A stretch of 64,000 bases of DNA from a virus, in IMG/VR virus record IMGVR_UViG_3300030514_000035, positions 51,027 through 115,026 of that record. One strand, given 5' to 3'. Under the pieces are notes generated by a model. The model did not search any database. It saw only the letters and a list, made by a program, of their open reading frames with translations, and had not been told where the DNA came from. Position numbers and translations under genes: made by a program. Below are positions 1 to 9,558 of the stretch, one piece after another; positions within the stretch are counted from its first letter, which is position 1; every line of letters starts with the position of its first letter.

Positions 1-1
1 T

Positions 2-235
2 GTTAAAGACTTGTCAGAAGGTAAAGGTCGAGGATTCTTCAACGAAATGCTTAAGCCTGAACTAAGACAGATTCGTAAGACGCTAGAGTTGTTTACTGCT
101 AACACTCCAATTGAAGATGCTGAAGAAGCAACTGCTTGCGGTGTAGGATACAGTAAAGACCAAGAGTGGAACTTGACAGTCAAGGTTACTTCAGGAAACT
201 CTTCACGAGTTATCAAGATTGATCGTTGGGACTGA
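2..235 (+). CDS. hypothetical phage protein, 5' truncated by window edge
   Basis: Frame is open from the window start (VKDLSEG...) to TGA at 233-235. Confidence 0.6.
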   Translation, partial: VKDLSEGKGRGFFNEMLKPELRQIRKTLELFTANTPIEDAEEATACGVGYSKDQEWNLTVKVTSGNSSRVIKIDRWD

Positions 236-247
236 TATAGCAAACAT

Positions 248-278
248 GGTTGCGTCCATCTTTAAGGTGGATGCAACC
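248..278 (+). other. intergenic stem-loop (13-bp stem with two G:U pairs)
   Basis: ggttgcgtccatc-tttaa-ggtggatgcaacc. Confidence 0.55.
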
Positions 279-304
279 TACATAATAAACTAGGAGGTAA
301 TACA

Positions 305-490
305 ATGGATTTAGTTCATGAGTTACACACTGTTCTTAATATGTTAAAAGGTTTTCGTGCAGGATACACTTCGAGAAACGATAGTCAAATGGTGATTGGC
401 TATAAGAAGAAGGTTTACAAGATTACTATCGAAGAAGTTGACGAGGGTAAACTGGATATCCAGCATCTTAGTCACATCGATGACAAGTAA
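305..490 (+). CDS. hypothetical phage protein (61 aa)
   Basis: ORF track; RBS ggaggt upstream. Confidence 0.7.
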   Translation: MDLVHELHTVLNMLKGFRAGYTSRNDSQMVIGYKKKVYKITIEEVDEGKLDIQHLSHIDDK

Positions 491-527
491 TAAAATCGAC
501 ATTTCATTAACAATTAGGAGTGATTAT

Positions 528-803
528 GTGGAACTGAAAATCGAGAGAAACTTCCCTTCAGCAATTGAACTAGAGAAGGAAATAGCTAACGTACAACTTG
601 CCATCAGGCATACTCGCAAGAGTGTCAGACTTCATCAAAATAAGAAGAAGCTAAAGTCTCTAGATAAGAAACTAGCACTTAAAATCTATCGTTATAATCA
701 ATATCACATGCTTGAGTATCTTGATTATATTGTTGGAGAGAGAATGAAAAGCTACCTTAAATCATTAGAATTTGCTGAGATTGGAGACTTATCATGGAAG
801 TAA
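528..803 (+). CDS. hypothetical basic protein
   Basis: ORF 396..803; start moved to GTG 528 because RBS aggag lies at 516-520. Confidence 0.65.
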   Translation: MELKIERNFPSAIELEKEIANVQLAIRHTRKSVRLHQNKKKLKSLDKKLALKIYRYNQYHMLEYLDYIVGERMKSYLKSLEFAEIGDLSWK

Positions 804-1030
804 CTACTATGGATGCACTGAATAAGTGGGGCGCTAGAGCATTCAATAATGCCTACCTATACTACTCAGAGATGGCAAAGAGTGAGAATGAAAATGTCTT
901 CATGATATTCGATGATTGGTGGCATGGTGAATCAGTTTATTCTGCAGAGTACATGGGCAAGTGTACTGAGGAAGACCATGATATGGCAGATGGAATTATA
1001 ATGACAGCTATTTCAAATGGATTTGGATAA
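794..1030 (+). CDS. hypothetical phage protein
   Basis: ORF track; overlaps upstream stop; ggag RBS. Confidence 0.65.
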   Translation: MEVTTMDALNKWGARAFNNAYLYYSEMAKSENENVFMIFDDWWHGESVYSAEYMGKCTEEDHDMADGIIMTAISNGFG

Positions 1031-1044
1031 GGAGTGATAGCTAA

Positions 1045-1239
1045 GTGGAAAGAGTAAAGCCATTCACTTCAAGACATGTATTATCTAATAAGTATACAAT
1101 TGTAGATGGTAAATTGATTATCACATACACAAGAACTATAGATGACTGTATGAAGGAAATCAACGAAGCGATATACAATTATCTAGCAGGAGGGACAGAA
1201 TGTCTGAGATTAAACGTGAGAGGGAAGAGGCTTTTCTAA
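1045..1239 (+). CDS. hypothetical phage protein
   Basis: ORF track; aaggagtg RBS. Confidence 0.65.
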   Translation: MERVKPFTSRHVLSNKYTIVDGKLIITYTRTIDDCMKEINEAIYNYLAGGTECLRLNVRGKRLF

Positions 1240-1445
1240 AGGAGTTAAATGAGTTAGTTAAACGTCATGGCTTAGTGATTAGAGGAAAACAAAATGATTC
1301 ATTCATCTATGACATCTACTATAGTAAGGCTGGATCAGATGTTGTGTTTGACTCTTTTATAACAGATGAATATAAGTTTGTAAACAATGAAGCTATAGAG
1401 CCTTTTAAACCATTTTGGAAACATTTAATGAGAGGTAATTTATAA
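1200..1445 (+). CDS. hypothetical phage protein
   Basis: ORF track; ggaggg RBS. Confidence 0.65.
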   Translation: MSEIKREREEAFLKELNELVKRHGLVIRGKQNDSFIYDIYYSKAGSDVVFDSFITDEYKFVNNEAIEPFKPFWKHLMRGNL

Positions 1446-1463
1446 TACTAAGGAGGAATTATT

Positions 1464-1724
1464 GTGAACGTAAAAGTTGTAGGAAGAAACAATGTGATTA
1501 AGGTAGGAGATATCATTGAGTATGAGAAGTCTTCGCATAGACCTCATCCATTCTATATGGTATGTGAATCAGAAGCAGATGGATTCTTTGTAATGAGTCT
1601 CACAGGTAAGAAGGGTCAAATGAAATTCTATAGTTCATTAAGATATCTTCAAGCATGCTTAAGAGGAGTTAAAGAGATTTACTCAAGTAAAGAGTGGCAA
1701 TTGAAAATCGATAGAACAAACTAA
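1464..1724 (+). CDS. hypothetical small beta-rich protein
   Basis: ORF track; aaggagg RBS. Confidence 0.7.
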   Translation: MNVKVVGRNNVIKVGDIIEYEKSSHRPHPFYMVCESEADGFFVMSLTGKKGQMKFYSSLRYLQACLRGVKEIYSSKEWQLKIDRTN

Positions 1725-1757
1725 AGCAAAAGTATTGACAATATAGGAGGAATTATC

Positions 1758-2240
1758 ATGAGTGCAAAAACAGGTTTGGATTTAGTAGTAGAAGTATTTG
1801 GTGAAGAATTGGCAGAAGAGATTATGGACTTACGTGACATTGAATATATCTCAGGAGTAACAGAATGGAGCACTGACTTTCTAAACGAGGATGGCTGGTA
1901 TTACTACTCTAAAGCAACATTTGTATACAAGAATAAGAAGTATGAGTTTGAATATAGAACTCATTCATCAGACAATGTTTGCGACTCAGATTCAGATGTC
2001 AATACATTCAAGGAGATTCCAAGAGACCTTTGGATTGTAGTAGCAGTAAAGCCACATTATCCAAGCGTACATCATTTTCATAGCGAGGAAGAGGCTAGAG
2101 ACTATTACAAGCATGCAAAAGATAATGGATTCGTAGTTCATATCGCTAAGGTAGAAGAGTATCATTATGATGATGAGTGCCATGGGTATGGACAAGAAAG
2201 AGAAGATGATATTAAGACATGGGATGTGTACTGGTCATAA
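1758..2240 (+). CDS. hypothetical phage protein (160 aa)
   Basis: ORF track; aggagg RBS. Confidence 0.75.
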   Translation: MSAKTGLDLVVEVFGEELAEEIMDLRDIEYISGVTEWSTDFLNEDGWYYYSKATFVYKNKKYEFEYRTHSSDNVCDSDSDVNTFKEIPRDLWIVVAVKPHYPSVHHFHSEEEARDYYKHAKDNGFVVHIAKVEEYHYDDECHGYGQEREDDIKTWDVYWS

Positions 2241-2262
2241 AATGTATTTAAGGAGAATTCTA

Positions 2263-2463
2263 ATGGAAATCAGAAAAGAAGTAAAGACCTATCAAGTAAG
2301 CTATAAATGTCCTGAATGTGGAGAAGGGGAGTTAAAGGCTAATGGCATGATGAAGCCTTCTAACCCACCTTATTATGGGCATACATGCACTAATAGAGAG
2401 TGTAGACATAAAGAGTATATCTTTGGTGCAACATACCCTAGAATCGAAACAGAGGAAGTATGA
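2263..2463 (+). CDS. small zinc-ribbon protein
   Basis: CPEC...CTNREC; start moved to ATG 2263 (RBS aaggag). Confidence 0.65.
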   Translation: MEIRKEVKTYQVSYKCPECGEGELKANGMMKPSNPPYYGHTCTNRECRHKEYIFGATYPRIETEEV

Positions 2464-2552
2464 TGACAAAGTTCTTTGTATTCATGGTAGCACTTATCCT
2501 TGCGATGATGTTCTATCTAGCAATCTTTAATCTAGCACATTTAACTATTTAG
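2460..2552 (+). CDS. 30-aa hydrophobic peptide
   Basis: MMTKFFVFMVALILAMMFYLAIFNLAHLTI; overlaps upstream stop and fills the gap before the next RBS; not in ORF track. Confidence 0.5.
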   Translation: MMTKFFVFMVALILAMMFYLAIFNLAHLTI

Positions 2553-2563
2553 GAGGAATTGTA

Positions 2564-2800
2564 GTGAGTGAAATTACTGTACAACTTAAGAACATCAGTG
2601 GCGAGGTAGTAGATGAGAAACATATTGTGGTTCGTGAAGGAGATACTTTGGTTATGCAATTCCCTGACGAGATGCGTATTGACCATGCTCATTCCGTATA
2701 CAAAACCCTGCTGAACGCATTAGAGAATCCTACTACTGGATTGATCGGTATTCCTGATACAATCAGCTTTCAAGTTCTTAGTATTAAACAAAAGTATTGA
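2564..2800 (+). CDS. hypothetical phage protein
   Basis: ORF track; aggagg RBS. Confidence 0.7.
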   Translation: MSEITVQLKNISGEVVDEKHIVVREGDTLVMQFPDEMRIDHAHSVYKTLLNALENPTTGLIGIPDTISFQVLSIKQKY

Positions 2801-2826
2801 CAATATAATAGGATAACTGGTATTAT
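2797..2826 (+). promoter_or_regulatory. sigmaA-type promoter for the DNA polymerase operon
   Basis: TTGACA-18-TATTAT with TG extension; -35 is the 3' end of the repeated motif. Confidence 0.7.
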
Positions 2827-2862
2827 ATTAATATCAGTTATCTGAAAGAGGGGAAATCAACT

Positions 2863-5800
2863 TTGACTAAAACAGTAGTAAGAACAATTCCATATAATAC
2901 TTTAAGTTCTAAGTATTATTACACAGCAATTCATCTACACACAGACCTGTCAAATCAGAACATGGTTGAGGTAGTCAATACTTATAAACAGTACATTGAC
3001 CAAGCTGTAGAATATGGCATGAAGGCTATTGCATTCACTGAGCATGGTAATATTCTAAGTTGGTACAATAAGAAGACATATGCTGAATCTAAAGGACTTA
3101 AGTACATTCATGGTTGTGAAGTTTATGTAACTATGACACTTGAAGAGAAGAAGCGTGACAACTTCCACATGGTTCTTCTAGCTAAGAACTTTGAGGGATT
3201 CAAAGAAATCAATAAGATGGTATCAACAGCATTTGAGCGAAAGGGTAATAACTATTACTATAACCCTCGTATTAGCTGGGAAGATATCAAGAATACATCT
3301 GACAATGTTATCATTTCTACTGCTTGTCTTGGTGGTATCATTTGGCAACTACACAAGAATAGAGCGCAAAGTGCAAACTCTGCAAACAAGTTAATTGAAG
3401 TTATTAAATGGTTTGCTGAGAATCAACATCGTGCATTCTTAGAAATCCAGCCACATTATCACATCGAGCAAATTCAATACAACAAACTTCTTAAGCAAAT
3501 AAGCGAAGAAACTGGCGTTAGATTAGTTGCTGGTTCAGATACTCATGCCTTAAATCAAGAGTATGACGAGGCACGTAAGGTACTTCAGAAGGCTAAGAAA
3601 ATCAAGTTCACAGATGAAGATAGCTTCGACTTAACATTCCATTCATACGACAAGATGTTTGAAATGTTCCAGCGACAAGACATTTTCACAGATGAAGAGA
3701 TTCACGAGGCAATGCAAATGACCAACGTTATTGCAGATATGGTTGAGCCTTGGGAAATTGATTATAGCAAGAAGTATCCACAATTATACGATGATCCTGA
3801 GCGTGTATTCCAAGAGAAGATTTCTGAAGGAATTAAGTATCGTGGAATTGACAAGCTACCTGATGAAGAGAAGAAGAAGTACGCAGATAGAATTGCACAT
3901 GAGTATGAAGTATACAAAGCAAACGATGCTATTAACTATATGTTACTTGAGGATGATGTTAAATCACACGCTCGTAAAGAGAAGGTGCGATATGGCTGGG
4001 GTCGTGGTTCAGCTTCAGGAAGTATCATTGCATATCTGATGCGAATTACTCAGATGAACAGTATTGATAGAAACCTTAACTTTGCACGTTTCATGTCAAA
4101 AGAGCGTATCAGTCTTGCCGACATCGATACAGACTATGAACCTAGCAAGCGACACATTATCCAAGACTATGTAATTAACCATCCTAAGCTGAGTTCAGCT
4201 AAGATTATCACTTATAACAAGCTTGAGAAGCTAAGTGCTATTCGTGATATTGGTCGAGGGCTTAACATGCCATTAAATGAAGTGGATGATATTGCTAAAG
4301 GCGTAGAGGAGAATGAAGGATACTGGAGAGATAGATATCCTGAGTTATTCAAATATGTTGACCTAGTTAAAGGTGTAGTAGTTTCTGTAGGAGCACACGC
4401 ATGCGGTATAGCCGTATCACCTATTCCATTAGATGAACATATGGGATTAATCACTGTAATTGATAATAAGACTAAAGAACCTGTAACATTAACGCAGATT
4501 AACATGAAAGAGATTGACGCACAAAACTTTGTTAAACTTGACCTACTTGGCTTAGACACAGTCGAAGTTTTAAGTCAGACAGTTGACTTTGCTGGATTGA
4601 AGTGGGAGGATGTATTCCCTGAAAATCTAGACTCAGAAGATGAAAAGGTATGGGAGAGTATCTTAGAAAGCAATATTGGCATCTTCCAATATGAATCTGA
4701 CTTTGCTCATCAAATCTACAAGGACTTATTCAGTAGAGAGACCATTTGGAAGATTAGACAGAAGCATCCTAACTTCTCATACATGGACTTATTCTCGCTA
4801 GGTAATGCGATCCTTCGACCTTCAGGTGCATCATATCGTGACTCTGTAGTACAGGGCGAGTTTTATGATAATGGGCATAAGGCACTGAATGAATTCCTTG
4901 CACCAACTTTAGGTAGACTAGTATATCAAGAGGATATCATTAACTTCTTAACTAAGTTCTGTGGGTACTCAGGCGGTGAGGCTGACGTTGTTAGACGAGC
5001 CATTGGGAAGAAGCAGAAGGAAGTATTAGAGAAAGTCTTACCTGAAATCAAAGAGAGATTCATTGATACAATGGTATCTAAATATGAAACTCGAAATGTG
5101 TTAGCTGAGGAAATCTCAGAACCATTCATCAAGGTAATCATTGATAGTTCTGATTATGGCTTCTCTATCAATCACTCTGATGCTTATAGCTGGTTAGGTT
5201 ATACTTGTGCATACCTACGCTATTACTATCCATTAGAGTTCCTTACAGCCAATTTAAACGTTAATATCAATAAGCAGGAGAAGACAACTAAACTAGTTGA
5301 ATATGCTAAGTCTAAGGGCGTTTCATTGAACAGCATTAAGTTCAGATATTCTCGTGCTGGCTACATGTTTGATAAGGAAACAAACTCTATTTACCAAGGC
5401 ATTCAGCCTATTAAATTCCTAAATGCTAACGTAGCAGAAGGGCTATATGACTTGCGTCACAAGGAGTACAATAGCTTTGTAGAGTTGCTATTGGATATCA
5501 AAGAAGGTCATGTTCTATCCGTGGACGGAAACAATATGACTATGAAGGAACTTCTTGAGAATGAAGAAGAATATAAAACAAAAGTATTGACGCAGTTAGA
5601 GAAGGATGGTAAAATTGAAATTGTTGGATTGGGCGGTGTACCAATCAACGCAAAACAAATGAAAATCTTAATCATGCTTAACTACTTCAGCGAGTTCGGG
5701 AATAACAAGAAGCTTCTAGAAGTATTCGAATACTTTGAGAAGACATATAGCCCTAAACATAAGCTGAAAACTAAAAGAGAACGTTGGGCAAAAGTATTGA

Positions 5801-6183
5801 TATTTGAACAAGAGGAAGAGAATGAGTCACTTTCATTAGTAGACCAATGTACTGCAGAACTTGAATTCCTAGGTCACATTGAAACTGTAAGTGATTCAGC
5901 GCCAGCGAACTACATGATTCTAACTGAAGTTAAGGCAATGAAAACTTTAACTAGAGCAAGGGCTTATCAGTTCTGCACAGGGGAGATTAGAGAGTTTAAA
6001 ATGGGTGCTACTTTATACAGACAAGTTCCATTTGAAGAGATGGATGTAATCGAAATTAAGAGCGCTGAAATCAAACCTAAGAGCAAGAAGATTGATGGTA
6101 GATGGCAACCTTCTCCTACAGAGAAAGAAGCATGGCTGAAGGATATTAAGTTCATTCGTAGAGGCTCTATAGCAGAAGATTAA
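2863..6183 (+). CDS. dnaE: DNA polymerase III alpha subunit (family C, PHP domain)
   Basis: HLHTD...AFTEHG PHP motifs, GRGSASGS, LADIDTD, VGAHACG, KLDLLGL, YGFSINHS. Confidence 0.95.
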   Translation: MTKTVVRTIPYNTLSSKYYYTAIHLHTDLSNQNMVEVVNTYKQYIDQAVEYGMKAIAFTEHGNILSWYNKKTYAESKGLKYIHGCEVYVTMTLEEKKRDNFHMVLLAKNFEGFKEINKMVSTAFERKGNNYYYNPRISWEDIKNTSDNVIISTACLGGIIWQLHKNRAQSANSANKLIEVIKWFAENQHRAFLEIQPHYHIEQIQYNKLLKQISEETGVRLVAGSDTHALNQEYDEARKVLQKAKKIKFTDEDSFDLTFHSYDKMFEMFQRQDIFTDEEIHEAMQMTNVIADMVEPWEIDYSKKYPQLYDDPERVFQEKISEGIKYRGIDKLPDEEKKKYADRIAHEYEVYKANDAINYMLLEDDVKSHARKEKVRYGWGRGSASGSIIAYLMRITQMNSIDRNLNFARFMSKERISLADIDTDYEPSKRHIIQDYVINHPKLSSAKIITYNKLEKLSAIRDIGRGLNMPLNEVDDIAKGVEENEGYWRDRYPELFKYVDLVKGVVVSVGAHACGIAVSPIPLDEHMGLITVIDNKTKEPVTLTQINMKEIDAQNFVKLDLLGLDTVEVLSQTVDFAGLKWEDVFPENLDSEDEKVWESILESNIGIFQYESDFAHQIYKDLFSRETIWKIRQKHPNFSYMDLFSLGNAILRPSGASYRDSVVQGEFYDNGHKALNEFLAPTLGRLVYQEDIINFLTKFCGYSGGEADVVRRAIGKKQKEVLEKVLPEIKERFIDTMVSKYETRNVLAEEISEPFIKVIIDSSDYGFSINHSDAYSWLGYTCAYLRYYYPLEFLTANLNVNINKQEKTTKLVEYAKSKGVSLNSIKFRYSRAGYMFDKETNSIYQGIQPIKFLNANVAEGLYDLRHKEYNSFVELLLDIKEGHVLSVDGNNMTMKELLENEEEYKTKVLTQLEKDGKIEIVGLGGVPINAKQMKILIMLNYFSEFGNNKKLLEVFEYFEKTYSPKHKLKTKRERWAKVLIFEQEEENESLSLVDQCTAELEFLGHIETVSDSAPANYMILTEVKAMKTLTRARAYQFCTGEIREFKMGATLYRQVPFEEMDVIEIKSAEIKPKSKKIDGRWQPSPTEKEAWLKDIKFIRRGSIAED

Positions 6184-6216
6184 ACTAAAACACAAACACA
6201 ATTGGAGGAAAATATC

Positions 6217-6528
6217 ATGACACAAAAAACAATCAAATTAGCAAATAAACAAGCAATTGAAACGATCGGCAAGGGTACAGTTTTAAAGTTACGTGGAGAC
6301 TTATTCATCGTAGCAGAAATTGAAACTCGCAAGGAAGTTGATGTAATTAGCCAAGCGCTTACTTCATCTTACACTAACAGAATGACTAAGCGTTATGCAC
6401 TAATTAGTTTCCAAACAGGTGATAACTACTTTAACTCACTTGACCCATTAACAACTTTACATCGCAAGATTTCAGAGAATAACCGATTTGAAGTAGTTCG
6501 TGAACTAGAGATTGCTGAAGTTCTTTAA
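6217..6528 (+). CDS. hypothetical small beta-rich protein
   Basis: ORF 6202..6528; ATG 6217 has a ggagg RBS. Confidence 0.7.
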   Translation: MTQKTIKLANKQAIETIGKGTVLKLRGDLFIVAEIETRKEVDVISQALTSSYTNRMTKRYALISFQTGDNYFNSLDPLTTLHRKISENNRFEVVRELEIAEVL

Positions 6529-6570
6529 TAACTATATTAAGCAAAAGTATTGATAATAAGGAGAGATTAC

Positions 6571-7161
6571 ATGACAGCAAAGGTTTATTTAGCAGGAGAC
6601 ATGTTGCCAAAAGCTTCGCAATTACTTCGAGCACAAGAGCGTGAACAGATTAAAGCCATAGGGTTGGATTTCTACAATCCTATGGACAACAAAGATATTA
6701 ATGATAAAAGCAAGGTAAGTAACGAAGGTTTGGCTGAGCGCATTGTTAAGGCTGATACAGACGCAATTATTGAGAGCAACATTGTAGTAATTGAGCCACA
6801 GCCATTTGCTCTTGGAACAATGGTTGAACTTGGTCAAATCAAAGGTATGAAAGATTTAGCCAAGATGATTCTTGATTTAGTTGATAGTGGAAAGCACAAA
6901 GATGATGCTCTTAAGGCACTATTCGCAATCTTAGATATCGTAGAGAAAGTCAATAATCAAGTTGTGTTTCCTCACTACGAAGATGTTAGACGCTTTGAAG
7001 GTGCAGGGAAAGATGAAGAGGGCGATCGTAGAAGCCTAGGAATCAATCAATATGTTTATGGAGTATGCCTAGACCTTACGAATGGTAAAGGATTCTATGA
7101 ATGGGATGAGGTTCTAGAAGAGTTAGAGAAAATCAAGAAAGACCCATCACTGTTGGGCTAA
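6571..7161 (+). CDS. nucleoside 2-deoxyribosyltransferase family protein
   Basis: KVYLAG, YNPMDN, DTDAI, GTMVELG motifs; start ATG 6571 after aaggag. Confidence 0.75.
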   Translation: MTAKVYLAGDMLPKASQLLRAQEREQIKAIGLDFYNPMDNKDINDKSKVSNEGLAERIVKADTDAIIESNIVVIEPQPFALGTMVELGQIKGMKDLAKMILDLVDSGKHKDDALKALFAILDIVEKVNNQVVFPHYEDVRRFEGAGKDEEGDRRSLGINQYVYGVCLDLTNGKGFYEWDEVLEELEKIKKDPSLLG

Positions 7162-7171
7162 GGAGGTCTTT

Positions 7172-8107
7172 ATGGCAATTGGCGATATCGTTTATGGAGA
7201 TATAATTCGTAACATTAATGACTTCGGTGAATGGGATACAGATGCGCCAGTGAGAACTAGATGGAAAGATGGTTCTCCTGCGTATACCAAATCTCTTATC
7301 AATGTTCAAATGAAGTTCGACAATGGAAAGGTTATCTGTCTGTTAACTCAAAAGGCAGTGCCACGTAAAGACCCTGTTCAAGAGATGTTTTGGATTTGGA
7401 AGTATAAATCAAACGATGTTAGATTCCTACGAGATTCATTAGGCTGTAAAGTATGGAATGAATGGGAACAAGAAGATGGAACTATAGGTCGAGCCTATGG
7501 GTGGGTTCTACGCAATAAGAAGCGCAGAGTAAAGATTACTCCTGAACTAATTGAGATGATTGAGAATGGAGAAATTAGAGACCACAAGCTATGTTATAGT
7601 GCATTTGGAAAGCATATTCAAAAAGGATATCTGATGCTTGACCAAGTAGATTACTTGATTTATACATTAAAGACTAATCCATATTCACGCAGAATCAAAA
7701 CTACTCTATGGTCTGTAGATGATTTAGACCGCATGGCTTTAGAACCTTGTGTCTATGAAACTCACTGGCAACTATGGGGCGGTAAGCTTCATTTGACAGT
7801 TAATATTCGTTCTAATGATATGGGATTAGGGAATCCTTACAACATCTATCAATATAGCATTTTGCATCGCATGATCGCTCAGGTAACAGGTCACGAGGTA
7901 GGTACTATCTGTTTCAACATCGATAACGCTCATATCTATGATAGACATATGGATGCATTATTAGAGCAGATTGAGAGACCAATGCATGAAGCACCAATTG
8001 TAGAAATCAATCCTGAGATTAAGAGTTTCTATGATTTCACAATCGATGACATTACAATCAAAAACTATAATCCTGAAAAATCAATCAGAATGGAAGTAGC
8101 TATATGA
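7172..8107 (+). CDS. thyA: thymidylate synthase (ThyA type)
   Basis: WNEW, YG, RRI, ALEPC, RSND, GNPYN, HIYDRH motifs. Confidence 0.95.
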   Translation: MAIGDIVYGDIIRNINDFGEWDTDAPVRTRWKDGSPAYTKSLINVQMKFDNGKVICLLTQKAVPRKDPVQEMFWIWKYKSNDVRFLRDSLGCKVWNEWEQEDGTIGRAYGWVLRNKKRRVKITPELIEMIENGEIRDHKLCYSAFGKHIQKGYLMLDQVDYLIYTLKTNPYSRRIKTTLWSVDDLDRMALEPCVYETHWQLWGGKLHLTVNIRSNDMGLGNPYNIYQYSILHRMIAQVTGHEVGTICFNIDNAHIYDRHMDALLEQIERPMHEAPIVEINPEIKSFYDFTIDDITIKNYNPEKSIRMEVAI

Positions 8108-8598
8108 TTACGTTGATTGCTTGTGTAGATAAGAATATGGGGATCGGCAAGGATAATAAACTCCTTGTCCATCTTCCAAAAGATTTAGAGCACTTTAAAA
8201 ACACGACAGAAGGTCACATGGTTTTGTTTGGAAAGAATACATGGGACTCGCTACCAGTGAAGCCATTACCAAACAGACAGAACATTGTCATGACTAGAAA
8301 TATTGGATTTAGAATGCCTACAGTTTGGAGATTTGATACCATAGACGATGTGCTTTGGTATGGCAAGTACTCTAAGACAGAGAATCAAGTATTTATTTGT
8401 GGAGGCGAAGCAATTTACAAGTTGCTAATGCCATACGCAGATGAGTTAATCATTAGTCATATGGACGCTGAATTCGAAGCAGATACATTCTTTCCACGCA
8501 TTGAAGAGGATGAGTGGATGTTGTATTCTTGTGAAGGCGTAGAAGACAATGTATATTTTGAAATCGCAAAATACTATAGAAGACATAAAGGAGAATAA
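8104..8598 (+). CDS. dfrA: dihydrofolate reductase
   Basis: IGKDNKL...LPKDL, GKNTWDSLP.KPLPNRQNIV, ICGGEAIY, DTFFP; ATGA overlap with thyA. Confidence 0.93.
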   Translation: MITLIACVDKNMGIGKDNKLLVHLPKDLEHFKNTTEGHMVLFGKNTWDSLPVKPLPNRQNIVMTRNIGFRMPTVWRFDTIDDVLWYGKYSKTENQVFICGGEAIYKLLMPYADELIISHMDAEFEADTFFPRIEEDEWMLYSCEGVEDNVYFEIAKYYRRHKGE

Positions 8599-8599
8599 T

Positions 8600-9262
8600 A
8601 TGCTAAAAACAAACTTAAAATGGGAAGAAATCATCATCGTAGTAAATCGCAAGAAGTTATTCAATAACGAAGAGTTGGCATTTCAAGGAGTTACTAAAGA
8701 CCAAGAGTTAGTAGATGCAATCATGCACAACATTGATATGCACTACAAGTCTATGCGTAGAGGTAACGAGAAAGACCCAACACCAAAAACTCGCAATGCT
8801 GAAATCAACACAGACTTCAAGCAACCAATTCCATACATTGTTATTCGTAGAGGCAATGAATTGTTTGTGACTGAGCGTTTAGAAGGCGCTGGAGAAGGTC
8901 GTTTACACGGTAAGCTATCTTTAGGTGCTGGTGGTCATATGAACCCTCTAGACAGCGATATGTTCTCTTTCCATAGAGTTCTTATCGAAAATACAGAACG
9001 TGAGTTGGAAGAGGAACTTGAAATCATTACTGGAAACGAAGCTTTTCCGAAAGTCATTGGATTAATCAATGATGATTCAGAGCCAGTATCAAAAGTGCAT
9101 ATTGGTATCCTAGGGATTATTGATTTATCAGAAGGAGATACTGTTACTGTTCGTGAGACAGAACAACTAGCAGGAAGCTGGATTTCACTAGATGACCTTA
9201 AGTCAAAAGAGGTTTATGATCGCCTAGAGAACTGGTCAAAAATTGTAGTAGATATTCTATAA
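8600..9262 (+). CDS. Nudix-family phosphoesterase (YmaB-like)
   Basis: KQPIPY, RLHGKLSLGAGGH, RELEEEL Nudix box, VHIG; start at ATG 8600 after aaggag. Confidence 0.8.
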   Translation: MLKTNLKWEEIIIVVNRKKLFNNEELAFQGVTKDQELVDAIMHNIDMHYKSMRRGNEKDPTPKTRNAEINTDFKQPIPYIVIRRGNELFVTERLEGAGEGRLHGKLSLGAGGHMNPLDSDMFSFHRVLIENTERELEEELEIITGNEAFPKVIGLINDDSEPVSKVHIGILGIIDLSEGDTVTVRETEQLAGSWISLDDLKSKEVYDRLENWSKIVVDIL

Positions 9263-9265
9263 TTA

Positions 9266-9274
9266 TGATATAAT
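9266..9274 (+). promoter_or_regulatory. extended -10 promoter of the type I toxin
   Basis: TGATATAAT about 60 nt upstream of the toxin ATG. Confidence 0.5.
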
Positions 9275-9333
9275 GGAATAAGTTGCAAAGCAGGGTGCGG
9301 TGGCACTTCCCGATAGAAGGGAGGTGTTCTCAG

Positions 9334-9417
9334 ATGAGTACTTACGAGTCTTTAATGTTAATGATAGCATTTGCTACACTAGTCGTAGTAATTATCGATA
9401 AAAGAGACAAAAAGTAA
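9334..9417 (+). CDS. type I toxin, holin-like small membrane peptide (27 aa)
   Basis: MSTYESLMLMIAFATLVVVIIDKRDKK; RBS gggagg sequestered in hairpin cttccc-gata-gaaggg; not in ORF track. Confidence 0.8.
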   Translation: MSTYESLMLMIAFATLVVVIIDKRDKK

Positions 9418-9552
9418 CCGAACCCTGCACTGGCGAGTGAAATAGGGTAGGTTACTTTTAGAGAAATATACCTTATACATTGAGCCACCGCATCTTGCGG
9501 AGTGACTACTGGAAGCGCTGATATGTCCGTATCAGTGCTTCTTTTTTATTAT
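9405..9552 (-). ncRNA. putative cis-antisense antitoxin RNA
   Basis: Minus-strand promoter at 9559-9587; hairpin aaaagtaacc...ggttactttt overlapping the toxin 3' end could terminate it; boundaries approximate. Confidence 0.6.
9512..9547 (+). terminator. intrinsic terminator of toxin mRNA
   Basis: gaagcgctgata-tgtccg-tatcagtgcttc followed by T6. Confidence 0.75.
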
Positions 9553-9558
9553 ACTCCC

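Noticed and set aside
6571-9262. DNA hypermodification pathway
   Set aside because: ThyA has the Asn (GNPYN) typical of dUMP specificity, and no glycosyl-, amino- or kinase-type modifying genes were recognised.
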